Source: Paragordius varius
Lineage: Eukaryota > Animalia > Nematomorpha
DNA length: 64,000 bases
Assembly: GCA_964247055.1 (NCBI GenBank)
Contig: OZ176054.1
Location: 11,408,001 to 11,472,000, forward strand
Direction of reading: 5' to 3'
The notes beneath the pieces were generated by a model, which saw nothing but the letters and a program-made list of their open reading frames with translations, was not told the origin of the DNA and did no database searches. The stretch's first letter is position 1; each line of letters starts with the position of its first letter. A program made the position numbers and the translations under genes. Shown here one piece after another: positions 11,892 through 25,209 of the stretch.

Positions 11892-11939
11892 CTGTATTGA
11901 ATTGAAATTATATGCTTAGAAAATTAAATGCGTAAAAAC

Positions 11940-13127
11940 CAAACATAAATAGATGATTATCCTTTCAATTAAATGTCGGATTTATGGGGCCCCAAACGGC
12001 TTTTTTAAATTGTGGTATATATGGTGATGGTAACTTTATAAGAAAAATAAACGAAAGTCCTCATTTGTAAAAAAATCCGTAATTGTAAAAATGAAATTTT
12101 AAAATTTTGAATATTAAAATGAAATATTATATTTTTCTTTATACTGATTAATAAATATCAAAATAGGAATTAATTCGTAATAAATTAATTTCTATTATTT
12201 GGCTATTATAATAATCATCATTATAGTAGAGATTGGTGTCGATTTGTGGCCTTTTTGTAGCGGTATTTTGGCCAATTTGTTCAATTCTACTAGAAAAAAG
12301 TAGGGCGAGATCTTAGGCGGTCTCGTGCATTGCAACTCCATCCTGCGTTATATAACGACCGGGTCATTTAACTTCTCTACTCCATCTGTATGTCATCCCA
12401 AGTTAGATTTAGTCATATGAACAAAGTATTAGGATGATGGTGTCTCGGGTTTAATTTTGTTAAAAATATATATATTTAAGCCAGAAATTGATACACTAAA
12501 ACTATATCATTGTATTGAGTAATGTGACATTTACAATACCTAAAGATATGCGAGCATATGTAACAAAAGTTTTGAATTGTTTGAAAAAATGGTAAGCAAT
12601 ATACATGGCTGGACAAATCTACCCGAAAAATGGCGCGTCGGATATTGTCAGGAAAACAGGAACAAAACTATTCAAATCAATAAAAAAGTTAAAATTTGGG
12701 GTAATTTTTTTTAGATATGGTTAATGCTGTGACGAGATACCGAAACATATATTGCGATATTAAAATCGTCTGCTGATTTACTTGTCTAACGAATAACATC
12801 GCAGGGTATGCAGTGTTTAAACGAGTGGCAAATAGTATGTGGAATTAACTGCAAGATACCTCTTCATTCAGGATTTTAAACCCATAGAATTAAGTAAAGG
12901 TAAAAAACAGTTTAAAAGAAACAATACGGCATGGGCTATTTTTTAGGATTGGAAAGATGCAATGCCGAATTTACATATGTGGTAAGATAAGATGTAACGT
13001 TTTGTGGTTCTATTTCAAGTAGAAAGAGATTGTTGGGTGTAACATAGGTTACGAATGTATAAAGTCGATTGCATGGTTTTATGTTTAAGAAAATGGTTTG
13101 ATATGACATGAGCTGGGATAAATCCAA
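11940..13127 (-). pseudogene. Probable disrupted upstream (extracellular-domain) part of the same membrane-protein gene
   Basis: A long, largely stop-depleted minus frame (LDLSQLMSYQTIFLNIKPCNRLY...EIEPQNVTSYL...SPCRIVSF...AMLFVRQVNQQ...ICPAMYIAYHFFKQFKTFVTYARISLGIVNVT...) requires two homopolymer frameshifts and contains several stops. The splice structure is unresolved. Confidence 0.4.
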
Positions 13128-13190
13128 GTAGAAAGGTTTTTTATATAGAGTGCGTCCGAAATCGAGGGGATATCAAAAACATCCTGATAT

Positions 13191-13228
<38 letters not shown>

Positions 13229-14802
13229 TTATATATATATACTGATAGATATATGTATTATAATTCTCATGGTCCTTTTGATTTCGGAGCTCACGAGTGT
13301 TCTAAAAAAGTTATTGCAGTTTTGTGGTGATTGCTCGATATCGTAAACCAGCAAAATCAGCTTATATAAATGAAATTTTTTGGTAAAATTTAAATATATC
13401 ATTATAACACTAGACAACAAATTTTAACTTTTTTTAACTGCCATTCTTGTAAATTTAAAATTAATTTCATTAAAGTACATATTTAGTATATCTAAAAAGA
13501 AAATTGGTCCAGCATGGAAGAATTTTTTTATATTAGAGTTTATCGATAATTTTTGGCCCCGATTTAACATTAAACTCGAAATTTCAAAAATTAAAAGTTT
13601 TAGATATGAAGCCAAGTATTTTATATCATTCGAAAGAGCGCAAAAAACTGCATCTCTTAAATGGTAGTAAGTCATTTAAATTAATCGGATGTAAAAGTTA
13701 TTTGGATTTTAATGGTCGAAATTTTCAATCCTTAAATAAGTCAAGAATTTTCACTTTCAAACTAATTTGAAAATCATATAAATTATTTTAATATAATTAT
13801 TAGGGTTATATCAGTATTTAATTTAAAAAAAATGTTTGAAAAAGCTTTTGGCTTGCTTTTTAATAAAAATTATTATTATCATAAATATTTTACCTAGTGG
13901 ATACTAAAATGCATAGTTATAACTGTAAATTTATTACATAATGGCTATAAAAATTCAAAAATACCTTAAACTTTGTTTTTATCTTTAAAATTTCGAAATT
14001 ATCAGCATTATAAATAAAATAAATTAATATTGATGAGATGGTGGTTTTTAAAAAACAAAAAACTTAAAAATGGCTGTTTTGAGTGACATAAAAGCAATAA
14101 AAAAATGTTTTAATCAAAAAAACTTTCTTGTGTTATATTTTTTGCACATTCATCACCATCTAAATAAAGTTTAAGCCATTTTCATCCATTAGTTTAAAAA
14201 ATATAATAATCAAAAAAAATGCTCTCGCTTTGCGAGTTTGTCGCTCTTTGTGTCCAATATTAACTGTCGATATAATACATATTAGTATGCATTTTATAGA
14301 GTTTTTATTACTCTTTCGAATGATATATTACAAATGGGCATTACTTGTATATTTTCAAAGAAAAATATTTTTTAGTAAAATTTTGATAAAGAGGGCGCAT
14401 AATCAAAAAAATCAAATTATACAAAATTCTTCCAACGAGTTATAATTTTTATTTCAGATTTACTGTTAAAATGATACTAAATATCAGAAAATTCAAAAAA
14501 CTCGAATGGCAGAAAAATTTGTTGTCCAGTGTAATATGCTAGAAAGGCCAACCATTTTTTTCAGAACATCAAATTTTTTAGATATGGGCTCGAAATGTCC
14601 CAAACTTTTTCGGCCCTTCTACTTTTTTAAAATAAACACAAAAAAATAGATTTTGCAATTAAACAAATATATGCTAGTGAATGGCCTCAAAAAAACATAT
14701 TTATGATAAAATACTAAAAATTTAATATTTACTAATATATATTTGAAGTATACCTCATACTATTTTAAGGAATGATGGAAACGGTATAATAACGCGTTAA
14801 GG

Positions 14803-16361
14803 CAGTGGTAGTCAACCACGGTCCGCGGGCCGCATGCGGCCCTAAGAGTGCTTTTAAATTGCCCTATGACCTTATTGATACTTAAATTATTTTTTTATTG
14901 ATGAATTTTTAAAATACACATAAACAAATTTTCGCTTATTTTAATATTAATTTATTTTCTCTAGATCTAATTTTGGTTATTTTTATTTTTTAACCAATTT
15001 GAAATGTACAAAACTTTCCCTACAATAAATGATTTCAAAATTTTGACACACGTTGTTTCTGTATTACTTTTTCTTTTCTATTTTGAAATTTTTATTGCAT
15101 TCCTTTTTTGTATTCAAGCAAGTCTTTCACCCAAACTTGCATATACATATTCTTTTCATTGCTATCCTACATCATTTTTTATAACTGAGCTCCAAAAATA
15201 TTTTTAAATCAACATCATTAAAACCTGTTTTTTTATATCATAATTCAAATTATTTTTTGAAAAAATTTACATAATATATAAACACAAATTCAAAGGATGA
15301 CATCTAATGGTAAAAAACGTAAATTATCTAATGAAAATCGCTCGTTTATAAATGGGAACAATAATTTTTTGTCGTTTTAAATAAATATGTTGTTACCTGC
15401 CTTATATGTAAGGACAACATAATTATAAATACAACATTGAAAGATATTTTACATCCACATTCTCATAAATTACCAGAAAATCATGAGGAAAGAAACGAAA
15501 AATATAAAAAGATTAGGGAATTATACCAGAAAGAAAATCTATTATGTCTATAGCTTTCTCCCAGGAAAAAGCTGTAAAATTAGCTTCTATTAAAAAATTA
15601 ATAATATATAAACAAGATTTTATAAATTAAACCCTATATTCTCCAATACTCACGATTCATAAAGAAAATATATTTACCGCAGAGATTAATTTAATAATAG
15701 ACAATCATTTAACATTTTTATCTGAGATGAATTTCAGATCCAAGAATTAAGAAATATTAAAAATTGCTTAAAACACGTTGAAAATCTATGGAATATGGAT
15801 ATATCCAATATTAGGCAACTTGAGCATTTCGGTTTTGATCAGGCGTATATCATTGAAGATTTCGTAGATTTTAAAAATGATTTCACGGAGGCTATATTCA
15901 AGGAGAATCGTAGAGAAGAAAGATATGTAGAGTTTTGGCAAGATGCGCCAAATAAATATGAGAATATAAAAAAATCTCAAGTTATTCTAAATGTTTTTCT
16001 ATCAACTTACACGTGTGAAACGGCATATTCAAACAGAAGACATACAGAAATTGCTTAACCGATGATCATATGGACGACGTTTTAAGATTGGCCTATGAGG
16101 CGAAACCAAATTTGGCAAAGATTATTGGTTAATATTAAAATAAATGTTGTTATCATATTATTTTAATTTTTTAAACTAAATAACGAGTTTTTAGCTGGAT
16201 TTACATGCGATCCGAAAAAAATTCATTGTGCTGATTTAGATATAAATATGTGCAGCTGTGTCAAATAACTATGGAATTTTTGCCATTATATGGTTCATGG
16301 CACCCTCGAAAAAAAATATATATTTTATTTGGCCCGTCAAATTTTTTGATGAGTACCACTG
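14803..16361 (+). mobile_element. hAT (Charlie/Buster-like) internally deleted DNA transposon
   Basis: TIRs CAGTGGTAGTCA.../...TGAGTACCACTG with subterminal cgcgggccgcatgcggccc. Transposase remnants include KKRKLSNENRSF..TCLICK..YNIER and FLSTYTCETAYS. 8-bp flanks are cgttaagg/ctttaggt (ctttaagg in the duplicate at 61401). Confidence 0.85.
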
Positions 16362-17124
16362 CTTTAGGTATAATTAAAACACCCTTTTCTATATATTATC
16401 TCGGAATTTATATTATAATATTCTTTTGTCATCATGATATTTAATATAAACTATTTTTTTTATAAACTACCCAAATTTTAAAAAATAGCCCTTTAAAAAG
16501 GCAATGATGGAAAAGCATCCCTCCAATTATACAGAAAAAATGTTAATATAATATCTTATGGTTTAAGTACCATAAAAGTCACTTCATTAATTTATTATAA
16601 ATAAAATTTTCAATTAATATCCATATTTCTGAAACAACTTTATGTAAATTTTGGCATATATTTGAAATTATTGCGGAATCTCGACCCTTTTACCTTTTTA
16701 TGAAGAGAACATGTAAGTTGCGGACGTGTTCAAGATGCTAATTTTGGAGTTTACATCAAATATTAAAATTTTTTAAAAAAATATTGTTTAGCTTTTTATA
16801 TGAAGGGAATTTTTCGGAATGAAATATTTAGCTTTCATCAAAAAATTTCTAATAAATTATGTGGGCAAATTGTGCCATTGATATTAGCAGTTACCAGTTA
16901 ATTAACCTTCTTAAATCACTCTTAAGGAAACATGATAATCCTGATACATCGGCCTGTCAGGATATATTTTTTTTTTGATAATGTCAGTTTATCACATCAA
17001 ATGCCACATAGTAACAGCAAAGAGAATTAATTTTGGCTGATAAAGTACAAAGAGAAAAATAACTCTTAGCCAATAATCTCCCTTTGATATATATATATAT
17101 ATATTATATATATATGTATATGTT

Positions 17125-18246
17125 CTGTCTGCAAAAAAGAGGGTCATTTTGATTTAACGAAAATTTTTTTTTTCATGAGATAGCTTATGACCTGTGAATT
17201 CATTTGCCACAAAAATTTTTATTTGTTGACAACCTAGTTTTTAAAATATTGAGAAAATTAAAATCGGGCAAAAAGTGAAATTAAGGAGAATTCAAAAAAT
17301 AATTATAAAATTTGAGATATTATGGTTTATTATCATTTTAGGATATATTTTCAATATATAAAAAGCCTAAAATCATATAGTTAGGGTTTCTATGAAATTC
17401 CAGCTTAAAAGATGGCGTCTTTATATTATAACACTCAAAAGACAAAAAATTTAATGAAACTATATTAAAATAATTTTTTTTAATTATTTGCAACCTAAAC
17501 TCACTTTTAAAATCTTAACATTCATATTTTATTCGGTAAAAAAACTTCTATATCAAAATAAAACCAAAAATATTGTTTTTTATTTTTCCATTTTTTTGTC
17601 ATCTGGTTTATGAGTGTATAAAAAGTTTATACTGTTTTATTTTGGATTTTTACATGAGCAGTATATATTTTATGCAAAATATGATTTGAAAGTATTTGAA
17701 TATCAACCAACAATCCGTACAAATCCCAATACAAATATTATTTGTCATAAAACAGACTTAGAAGATTCCAAAATAAAACAGCATAAATTTTTTTACACTC
17801 ATAAACATGCCAAAAATGAAAATTTAAAAAAAAAATTTTTTTTGGCAATTGATATATAAGTTTTTTTTACTGAATAAAATATGAATGTTTGATTTAAATA
17901 ATGAGTTGAAGTAGTAAATAGTTAAAAAAATAATATAGTTCCATAAAATTTTATTGACTTTTAAGTGAGGCCATCTTATGAGCTGAAATTTTATAGAAAC
18001 CCTAGCTATATGATTTTAGGCTGTTTATAAATTGAAAATATATCCTAAAATGATAATAGTCCATAATATCTCAAATTTTATCATTATTTTATCCTTAATT
18101 ATCCTTAATTTTCAGTTTTTGCCCGATTTTAATTTTCTCAATATTTCAAAAAATCAACAAATAAAATTTTTTACGGCAAATGAATTCACTGGTCATAAGC
18201 TATCTCATTTTCGTTTAATCCAAATGACCCTCTTTTTTGCACACAG
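17125..18246. mobile_element. ~1.1-kb foldback MITE (long inverted arms, TA-flanked; Tc1/mariner-like target)
   Basis: Starts CTGTCTGCAAAAAAGAGGGTCATTT and ends AAATGACCCTCTTTTTTGCACACAG. The inverted homology extends several hundred bp inward, and (TA)n lies on both sides. Confidence 0.8.
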
Positions 18247-18270
18247 TATATATATATATATATATATATA

Positions 18271-19429
18271 CTGTGTACAAAGAAGGGGGTTAATATTTTT
18301 TAACAATTTTTTTTTTCATGAGATAGCTTATGACCAGCGAATTCATTTGCCGCAAAAATTATTTGTTGGTGACGTACTTTTTGAAATATTGAAAGAAATT
18401 CGAAATCGGTCAAAAAGTGAAAATTGAGGAATTAAGGATAATTTAAAAAGCAATGAAAAAATTTGAGATATTATGGTTTATTATCAGGAGATATTTCAAT
18501 ATACAAATAGGCTAAATCATATAGTTGGGTTTCTATAAAATTTTAGTTTAAAAGATGGCGGTTTTCTTTTAACACCCTTAATAAATTTTTTTATGAAACT
18601 AAATTTAAATATTTTTTAATTATTTATTGTTAAACTCCTTAATAAAATCTTAATATTTATATTTTATTCAGTAAAAAAACTTATATATCAAAATAACAAA
18701 AAATATTGTTATTTTTTCATTTTTTGTCGTCTGGTTTATGGGTGCATATACATGAGTGGGAATTATAAAGTATATGATTTATGCAAAATAGTATTTAAAA
18801 GCGGTGAAATATTAACCAACAATCCTTACAAATCCCTGTAAAAAGTCTGTTTTATGACAAATTAATAATTTTATTGGGATTTCGGATTGTGTGTTGTATT
18901 ATACTACTTTTAACCTATAATTATATACTTTATAATTGCCACTCATAGAAGATTCCAAAATAAAACAGCATAAATTTTTTTTACACTCATATACATGCCA
19001 AAAATGAAAATTTTAAAAACAAATTTTTTTTGGATATTGATATATAAGTTTTTTTACTGAATAAAATATGAATGTTAGATTAAATATAGTTTAACTAGTT
19101 ATTAAAAAAAATTTTAATATAGTTCCATAAAATTTTTTGACTTGTGTGTTAAAAACGCCATCTTTTGTGCTGAAATTTAACTATATCAGTTTTAGGCTAT
19201 TTATATATTGAAAAGATATCCTAAAATGTTAATAAACCATAATATCTCAAATTTTATCATTATTTTTTGAATTATCCTTATTTATCACTTTTTGCCCAAT
19301 TTCGATCTATCAGTATTTCAAAAACTAGGCTGTCAACAAATAATATTGTGGCAAATAAATTCCTGGTCACAAGCTATTTCATGAAAAAAAAATTTTCTCA
19401 TTAAAATCAACCCTCTTTTTTGCAAACAG
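18271..19429. mobile_element. Second tandem copy of the same foldback MITE
   Basis: CTGTGTACAAAGAAGGGG...CCCTCTTTTTTGCAAACAG, separated from copy 1 by 24 nt of (TA)n; internal sequence is homologous. Confidence 0.8.
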
Positions 19430-19448
19430 TATATATATATATATATAT

Positions 19449-22340
19449 GGTTGGTTGGTTTTTCCTAAGTCGTAAACGACTTTTTGGATATAGTTTTAAC
19501 TATTTCTTTCCATTTTTTTCTATCTTTCACCGATATATTGAGCTCTTTCAATGTCATTTTGGTCTCTTCTTTTATCGTATCCAACCACCTCATCGGTGGT
19601 CGGCCACGTTTCCTTTGCCCTTCTACCTTCCCAAACATTGTATCTTTCTCCAGAGATTTCGATCGCATGACATGACCAAAATATGTTAACTTTCTTTTTA
19701 GAATTATCTCCAGTATGTTTGTTTTAGGTTTTATTTCTGAAATTAGATTTCCATTCTTAATTTTATCCTTCCAGGTCTATCCTAGCATCCTACGCCAGCA
19801 GCTCCTTTCAAAAGCCATGAGCCTTTCTTTGTCCCTTTTTCTGAGAGTCCAACTCTCACATCCATATGTGGTGACCGGGAGAACGAAACAGTAGAGTAAT
19901 CTTTTTTTGGTTTCAACTCCTACGCTTTTGTTTTTCCAAATCTTTATTAATTTAGTCATCGCTTCACTACCCTATCCTATTCTCTTTCTGATGTCAGGAG
20001 TTGAAGACCCCTCCTCTGAAATTATTGCGCCCAAAAACGTTAACTGTTTAACTATTTCTATTTCTACTCCTTCTATAAAAATTGTAGGCTTTTTTCCTGT
20101 ACATAATATTTTGGTTTTGTTAGGATTAAGCTTAAGACCATAACTCAAACTTTCCTTTCGAATCTCTTCAATCAATTCCTTCAAATCATTTGCACTTTCA
20201 GCTATAAGAGTGGTATCGTCTGCAAACCTTAAATTATTGATTGTTCTCCCTCCTATTCTTACTCCAATATTTTTACCATCCAACTTCCTCATTATCATTT
20301 CTGTGCACATATTAAACAGATAAGGGGATAAGCAACACCCTTGTCTGACTCCTTTCAAGATAGGTATTTCGTCTGTGTCCCCCGCTGATGTTCTAATAAT
20401 CGCTCTTTGTTTAACATAGAGAGAGCTCATCAATCTTATTAAGTGAGACGATACCCCTACTAACTTTAATGTTTCCCACAAGGAGTCATAGTTAATTGAA
20501 TTGAAGGCTTGTCTGTAATCAATAAAACACATGTATAATTCCTTCTGGAACTCTTTTGATGTTTCCATTATCCTTCTCATGTTTGAGATATGGTCTCTTG
20601 TGCTTTTTCCCTTCATAAATCCGGCTTGATTTTCTGGTATTTATGTCTGTATGATACTGTGCATCCTGTTTTGTATTACTTTTAGTAAGACCTTACTAGC
20701 GTGGCTAATAAGAGATATGTTCCGATAGTTCTCGCATTGGAGTACATCTCCTTTTTTGTATATTGGGAGATATACAGATGATGTCCAGTCGTTAGGCCAC
20801 TCACATGTTTCCCACACCTTTTGACATAACTGGTGTATCGTTTCTACAGGAATAGCTTTTATGAACTCTATTGGGATATTGTCTAATCCCATCGCTTTGT
20901 TGTTAGGAATTTGTTTTAAGGCTAATTCGACCTCCTCCCTTAGTATATCTGGATCACGTTCTTCGTCTTTTAATTGCAACACCTTTGCTTGAGGAGCCTG
21001 ATAGAGTTTTTGGGTGTATTCCTTCCATCTTTCTCGTACTTCTGTTTGTTTGCACAATATGGTGCCATTCTCTTTTTTAATCTTTTGGGATCATATAAAA
21101 GGTTTATGAGTCATTTGCTTTAGTTTCTGGAACATTGGTTGCATTAATCCTTTTTTGTTATTTAATTCCACTTCCAGACATTGTTTATTAAGGAAATCTT
21201 CATAATCCTTCCTTGTTTGTCGTTGAAATTCTTTGTTATATAATTTTACCATTTTATTATCACCTCTTAATTTAGCTTTTCTCCTCTTTTCTGCTATCTC
21301 TAAACTCTTTTCTGATATCCATTTGTTAACTTTCCTCTTTACTCTCTGCACTTTTTCTTTTGCCACTTCATTAACAACATTTTTTATCGTTCCCCATAAT
21401 TGTTCTGAGCTATATTCACTGTCCAATCTTTCTAATCTGTCTTTTGTTTCTGTTCTAAAACTATTTGGAATGTTCCGAGTGTCATATCTGTATATCTGCT
21501 TAACCTTATTTTTAATTATTTTAAGTTTGATTTTGGTTACTAGAAGCTCATGATCGCTAGAGCAATCGCTGCTTTTGCTTGTTTTGGTATCGATTATAGA
21601 GCTTTTCCATTTTTGAGGACATATTATGTAATCAATTTGGTTCTTATATTTATCACATGGAGAGGTCCATGTGTATAACCTCCTATTGTGTTGTGGAAAC
21701 CATGTGTTGGTTATCATCATTTCATTTTCTTGACAAAAATTGATCAGTGCTTCACCGGTCTCGTTTCGTTCTCCCAATCCATATGGGCCAACTATTTGAT
21801 CTACTCTACCTCTACCGACTTTGCTGTTCCAATCCCCTCCTATATAATCATATCTCCTTTCTTCGTTTCATCCAAAACTATTTGCAACGTTGCATAAAAA
21901 TCCTCTATGTCTTCTTTGGGAGCGTTTGACGTAGGAGCATAGACTACTATGTATGTAAATTTAAGTGGCTTGGCATTCAGCCTAATACTCATGATTCTGG
22001 GTGTATATGGTGTATAACTAATGAGACTTTTATTCAATTTGTTTTTTATTAATACTGCAACGCCTTCTGATTTCTGGTCATCTCTCCCCGATCTTAACAA
22101 TGTATAATTTTCATTTTGTACTTTCGCGCTACCTTTTTGCTTGGTTTCCGTTAGACCCAGTATATCTAAGTTTAATCTTTCCATTTCCTTTTCAATTATC
22201 ACTTGTTTTGTTTCTGTTAAGGAACGTACGTTCCAGCATCCAACTTTGAAAAGTCGCGTTAAGTTCATATAGTAAAACTATTTTTTGGCAGTAATATACG
22301 AGGGTGGTTTGCCATTGCCTTCCCTCTCACTTACCCTCTT
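19449..22340 (-). mobile_element. Near full-length RTE-clade non-LTR retrotransposon (APE endonuclease + RT), frameshifted
   Basis: ORF pieces carry VGCWNVRSL, YIVVYAPT, GERNETGEALINFC, NQIDYI (APE) and CENYRNISLISHASKVLL, GVRQGCCLSPYLFN, NNLRFADDTTL (RT). The short (CCAA)n-type 3' tail abuts (TA)n, and the 5' UTR contains GGAAGGCAATGGCAAACCAC. Confidence 0.93.
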
Positions 22341-23229
22341 TACAAAAAAAAATAAATAAAAAAATAAATATCTAGAATAAATAAAATTAAAGAGTGATCT
22401 TTATAATGTTGTTAATTTGGATAAATTATAAATATTAATATTTCACTCTATCTAGCAATCATAGAAAAATATAAAGAAATTATGTCTAGGCCAGTAAAAA
22501 TAAAATAATTAGGCACTAAGGAGTTGAGAAAAAAAAGGGATGATATGTATAACAATGATTTTTGATGACTTATGAATTATATTACTCTTTAAATTACATA
22601 CTTAGCATACAAATAAAAAAAAAACTCTACAAAACAAGGAAAAAGATTAATAATTACTAAAAGGAAACATATTTTTAAATATATTTATAGTATATAATAA
22701 TATAAAATAATAATAATACTCTCCTTGAATTTCTTGCCGCTTTTAATCACATGGTTTCAATATATATATATATATATATTTATACTGTCAGTCAATAATT
22801 AATTTAATGCAATGTATACTTAGTCATACTGTAATAAAGAGTAGTGAAAAAGTAATCTATATATTTATAAAAAAGAAAAATGCTGGCTTTGTGATCTGTT
22901 TCCAGAGAACCGGTAGACTCAATTAAATCCAATGTCAAAAACATTAAATTCATTAATGAATGCCCCGACAATAGCTTCGCCTTTTTTTGAATTTCCCCCC
23001 AATTCGACCCCATGTGAAACGGGTGTTTTTTGAAAACAGAAGTCCACAAATCGTGTCTTTGAGACAATTATCCGAAAAACATGTTAATATGATTTTTTAC
23101 TAATTTTCAATTGCGCCGAACATAGTTGGCTCGCTTTTTTAATTTAGGCCCTCTTTTTACCCCCTCCCGTAAAATGCCATTTTTTAAAAAATATCAATCC
23201 GCAAAAATAATTTTTTGAATCCAGTATTC

Positions 23230-24180
23230 GCCTACGGTATGAGACCGTAAAAATTCAATAATGATTCCAGGTATTCCCTGTTAAAAGGCAAAAATTATAG
23301 TCGTTCGTTTCCTTTACATTGGCTGCTGGGTAAGAAGATATCCGCTAAATATTGCCCCGTCATATCAGAAAGCTTTTTTTAGGAGTTAATTTTCAGGTAA
23401 CCCTTGACCATATAAGTTCAATAGCTGCTTAAAATATTACCCGTAAAAAGAGAAAAATTCAGGTCGTGTGGTTTTCTAAAATTAGCCGTTAATTAGGTCT
23501 TTCACGCCCTGTAAAATTACCTACCATAGAATGATTTTTTAATGAGGTAATTTTTCCCAAAACTAATGAGAGCATGTGGAATCAATCATGATTCCAGGTA
23601 TTATCCGTGACAAGGCAAAAATTTTATTCAATCGCTTTTTTTGCATCAGCTTCTGGATAGGGGTCTACCTACGTAAAACTGCGTCACCATATCGATACAG
23701 CCTGCCTTTAAAGAAAAACTTCAGAAAACCTATGAGACTAATAGGAACATATGGATTTATTTCCCATATAAAGTCAAAAATTTTGCCCCATGCTTTTATC
23801 TACCGGCCTCTGGGTTAGGAGCTACCCGTCAAAAACTGCGCCACTATATAGAAATTGCGTTGTTCTGTAGCTATATGAAGCCATATGAGCTCACTATATT
23901 GAAATATTATCCGTAACTTGGCAAAAATAGTCACGCGTTTTTTAGCCGTGGGGCCTTTATGCCCTAAAAATACACCATAATATAAGATCATTTAGTGTTG
24001 AGGTATTATTCCAATAACCCATGTGACGATGGTATCAAATATGATTCCAAATATTTGCCCTATAAAGGCTATATTGGTCTATGGGTAGGGGTCTACTGGT
24101 TCAAAACTGAGGCGCCATGAAAAAATGGCGTGATTTTGGAGAATTTTCAAAAAGCAGCCATACGAGTTCAGTTTAACACA
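23230..24180 (+). repeat. Degenerate tandem array of ~150-bp monomers (shorter version), upstream of GPCR-like copy 1
   Basis: Recurring atgattccaggtatt (near 23261, 23588), atgattccaaatatt (24041) and aaaactgcg(t/c)cac motifs. Homologous to 41700-43260. Confidence 0.7.
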
Positions 24181-24976
24181 TTTCTGGGGAATTCGTATAT
24201 TATCATTCTTTTTTTAAAAAAAGGGAACACAAGTTTTTTATTTTTTATATTCTTTGATCCCAGCTACAACTTCAAATTCAAACTTTAACCATGATTTCGT
24301 AAAACATCTATAAATAAATCCAATGATAGTTGAATATTAACTTTAATAAGACATATAAATATGGTCATTTTCAAATAAACAATATTTGAGTCTATGCAAA
24401 AATCCGTAAAAGAATTAGTGTAGACATTCTTTTTATTAAATATGTTTTTTATTATTTTTTATCTCCATTATCTTTATTATTACAAATTATTAGGAATAAT
24501 AATCGATGAGAGATATAATTGCAAAAATATTAGTAGAATATTTAAAAAAATATAGTTAAGTGCTATTAAATGATAACAAGCTGCGTACTCAAGCTTACAT
24601 GGTGCACAATAAATTTTAATGAATCATATATCATTCGATAAATAACAGAATAATGAATATTGATAAAGTATGCGGTTAAAATAGTAGAAAAGATATTTAA
24701 ATTTTTTCTGCCATTAGCCAAAACCAAAAATCGCATTGTTATCTCATATTAAGTCAAATAAAATTCACAATAAATGAAAACGTAACGATTTTTTTTTGAT
24801 TTAATATAACATAAGGATAATTTTCAACACAAAATATTATCGGCAAAGTTTCACTTTTTTTGGAGGGCCCCAGAAAGAATGACAAGACTACAAGCTAAAA
24901 AATTAAATTATGAAAATCATGAAACTTGCCAATATGCGGTGAAAGATTTAAATTTACATTAAAACAATCATATATT

Positions 24977-25209
24977 TAGAGGCGTAGCTTTTTTCTGGCG
25001 GTGCATGAATTTATGGTGGCACTCCCTCCCCCATTAACCGCTTATTGAAAAACATATTCAAATTCTATTCATAAATGGCCAATTTTTTATGTATCATTTA
25101 AAATAATACATTTTAAATACTTTTTTATAATAAAATTAAAATTTTTTGAAATACCCTTTCAACTATAGGGCCCAGTGCATCAGACCCGCTCCCTCTGCCT
25201 TCGCCCCTG
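24977..25209. mobile_element. Small hAT-type MITE
   Basis: Ends (t)agaggcgtagc.../...ttcgcccctg. The paralogous insertion at 37705-37926 retains an 8-bp TSD (catatatt). Confidence 0.55.

Larger units (their letters stand above)
8650..16980 (+). repeat. Segmental duplication block A, copy 1 (homologous to 46540-49474 + 60085-62000 and partially to 33340-34790)
   Basis: Shared anchors in the same order and orientation, e.g. gaatagaaatccgtta..aaccgga (near 9975/34060/47650), ttggttaaacg.ggtctg (near 10425/34510/48065), gaattgaaattatatgcttagaaaattaaatgcg (near 11900/60095). Confidence 0.85.

Noticed and set aside
11940-13127. Stop-codon reassignment (TAA/TAG=Gln or TGA=Trp) suggested by stops at Q/W-like positions
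   Set aside because: NUBP2 ends in TAG and the SLC26 gene in TAA at the expected positions, both use CAA/CAG and TGG normally, and frameshifts are also needed. Pseudogene decay is more parsimonious.
13240-14790. Possible discrete DNA transposon (internal inverted atatcattcgaaagag at ~13622 and ~14315)
   Set aside because: No TIR pair or TSD could be defined; probably mixed MITE debris.
19420-21929. Plus-strand ORFs overlapping the RTE (also antisense ORFs at 52777, 55447, 57560, 58219, 59354)
   Set aside because: These are antisense frames of transposon coding sequence with no independent support.
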